From positions 310,001 to 374,000 of the forward strand of contig NIVC01000340.1 of the NCBI GenBank assembly GCA_002269645.1: 64,000 nucleotides of DNA. Reading direction: 5' to 3'. The position numbers and the translations under genes were made by a program. The notes below the pieces were generated by a model. The model had not been told where the DNA came from. It saw only the letters and a list, made by a program, of their open reading frames with translations, and searched no databases. The stretch comes from Macrostomum lignano (Eukaryota). Shown here piece by piece: positions 62,326 to 64,000 of this stretch (its first letter is position 1; the number at the start of each line of letters is the position of its first letter).

Positions 62326-64000
62326 ATGCACAATTCACGAAATCCTGGTAAGGATTCTTATTACGAATATTTCTACTTACATAAGTAGTCTGAATTTAAT
62401 TTCACGTACTAATTAATGATCATGAAAAATATTCTCCAGCCGTTAAGCGACTGATGCGCGAAGCCAAAGACTTGGCCGCGCCTACCGAGCTGTACTATGC
62501 TCAGCCGCTGGAGGACAATCTGTTCGAATGGCATTTCACTATTCGAGGCCCGGTTGACAGCGACTTTGAAGGCGGCGTTTATCACGGCCGTGTACTGATC
62601 CCTGGGGACTATCCAATGAAGCCGCCAAATATTATCCTGCTAACGCCTAATGGTCGATTTGAGATCAATAAAAAGATCTGTCTGAGCATATCGGGCTATC
62701 ACCCGGAGACTTGGCGACCGGCCTGGTCGATTCGTACGGCTTTGTTAGCTTTGGTTGGGTGAGCGATACGGGTTGGACTGTTGTTTCTGAGTGGCTAATA
62801 GTGACTGAGTTGTAAGATTATAAGAATAAAAAATAGCTCTAAAAATGCCCTTAACTACCCTGAAAAATCGCCCTCAGCTACCCTCAGAAATTGCCCTCAA
62901 CTACTCAGAAGAATCGCCCTGAACTATCCTAAAGAATCGCACTTCAACTACCCTGAAAAATTGCCTTCAACTACCCTGAAAAATCGCCTTCAACTACCCT
63001 GAAAAATCGCCCCAACTACCCTGAAAAATCGCCTTCAACTACCCTGAAAAATCGCCTTCAACTACCCTGAAAAATCGCCTTCAACTACCCTGAAAAATCG
63101 CCTTCAACTACCCTGAAAAATCGCCCTAACTACCCTGAAAAATCGCCTTCAACTACCCTGAAAAATCGCCTTCAACTACCCTGAAAAATCGCCCTAACTA
63201 CCCTGAAAAATCGCCTTCAACTACCCTAAAAAATCGACTTCAACTACCCTGAAAAATCGCCTTCAACTACCCTGAAAAATCGCCTTCAACTACCCTGAAA
63301 AATCGCCTTCAACTACCCTAAAAATCGCCTTCAACTACCCTAAAAATCGCCTTCAACTACCCTAAAAATCGCCTTCAACTACCCTAAAAATCGCCTTCAA
63401 CTACCCTAAAAATCGCCTTCAACTACCCTAAAAATCGCCTTCAACTACCCTAAAAATCGCCTTCAACTACCCTAAAAATCGCCTTCAACTACCCTAAAAA
63501 TCGCCTTCAACTACCCTAAAAATCGCCTTCAACTACCCTAAAAAATCGCCTCTCCCCAGCTTTATGCCAACGCACGGTCTTGGCGCAATCGGCGCCCTGG
63601 AATATCCGCCGGAAGAGCGGCGCCGTTTGGCGCGTCAATCGCGCGATTGGCGCTGCCCGATCTGCTGCCCGACGCCGGACTCGCCCAGCCTCGAGTCGCT
63701 GCTCAACCCGCTGTCAGACGCATCGGCCAAGGAGACCGAGGAGGCCCGCTCGCTGGCCAAGGAGATCTCCATTGCCGGGGAGAAGCCGAAAGAATCTGAC
63801 GATCAGCAGCAGCAGCAGCAAGAGGGTTCTGAGGCCTCTGAGCTGCTTCAACGCTCAGCAGCTTCTGTGCCAGCGAATATCTCGGAGCCGACGCCGCAGC
63901 CAATTCAACCACCGCAGGCGCCGCTGCAGCCGCCAATGTCGTTTCAGGAGTGGCTTGTCCGAATCAAAGGCTTTAGCGAGGCCCGGGCTAGGCAGCTGGT
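62326..64000 (+). CDS. UBE2J1: Ubiquitin-conjugating enzyme E2 J1 (UBC6-type), 3'-partial; join(62326..62347,62440..62758,63560..>64000)
   Basis: MHNSRNP|AVKRLMREA...QPLEDNLFEWHFTIRGP..SDFEGGVYHGR...YPMKPP..ILLTPNGRFE..KKICLSISGYHPETWRPAWSIRTALLALVG|FMPT.G.GAIGALEYPPEERR matches UBE2J1. Intron phases 1 and 2 are consistent. Confidence 0.95.
62850..63550. repeat. 22/23-bp minisatellite (AACTACCCTAAAAATCGCCTTC) in UBE2J1 intron 2
   Basis: Period 22-23. Confidence 0.95.

Overview
Intron-rich eukaryotic (animal) genomic window. GC-rich exons, minisatellite-filled introns and an expanded Mab-21/ankyrin gene content suggest a flatworm such as Macrostomum, which is an inference and not proven. The right half is housekeeping: NUP160 (about 37.0-53.2 kb, 10 exons reconstructed, 5' end unresolved), an SLC16/MCT-type MFS transporter (57.0-60.2 kb) and UBE2J1 (62.3 kb to the window end). 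The left half looks accessory. It holds a 5-exon coiled-coil protein with a C-terminal death domain, two decayed copies of an unrecognised minus-strand ORF with a shared hairpin, and ankyrin-repeat exons that splice in phase, through a GC-AG intron and a minisatellite intron, onto a cGAS-like (Mab-21/cGLR) nucleotidyltransferase with recognisable catalytic motifs. It also holds a truncated paralog of that gene, two small Cys-rich peptide genes, a young RT/RNaseH-deleted Gypsy element, a TRIM-like element with identical LTRs, a solo LTR, a SINE, a mariner relic and several MITE-like elements. Most long introns carry their own minisatellite, and several of these are tandem arrays of 3'-splice-site-like motifs. 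Most long repetitive ORFs in the track are artefacts of these arrays. All assignments come from reading the sequence and recalled family motifs; no database searches were run.
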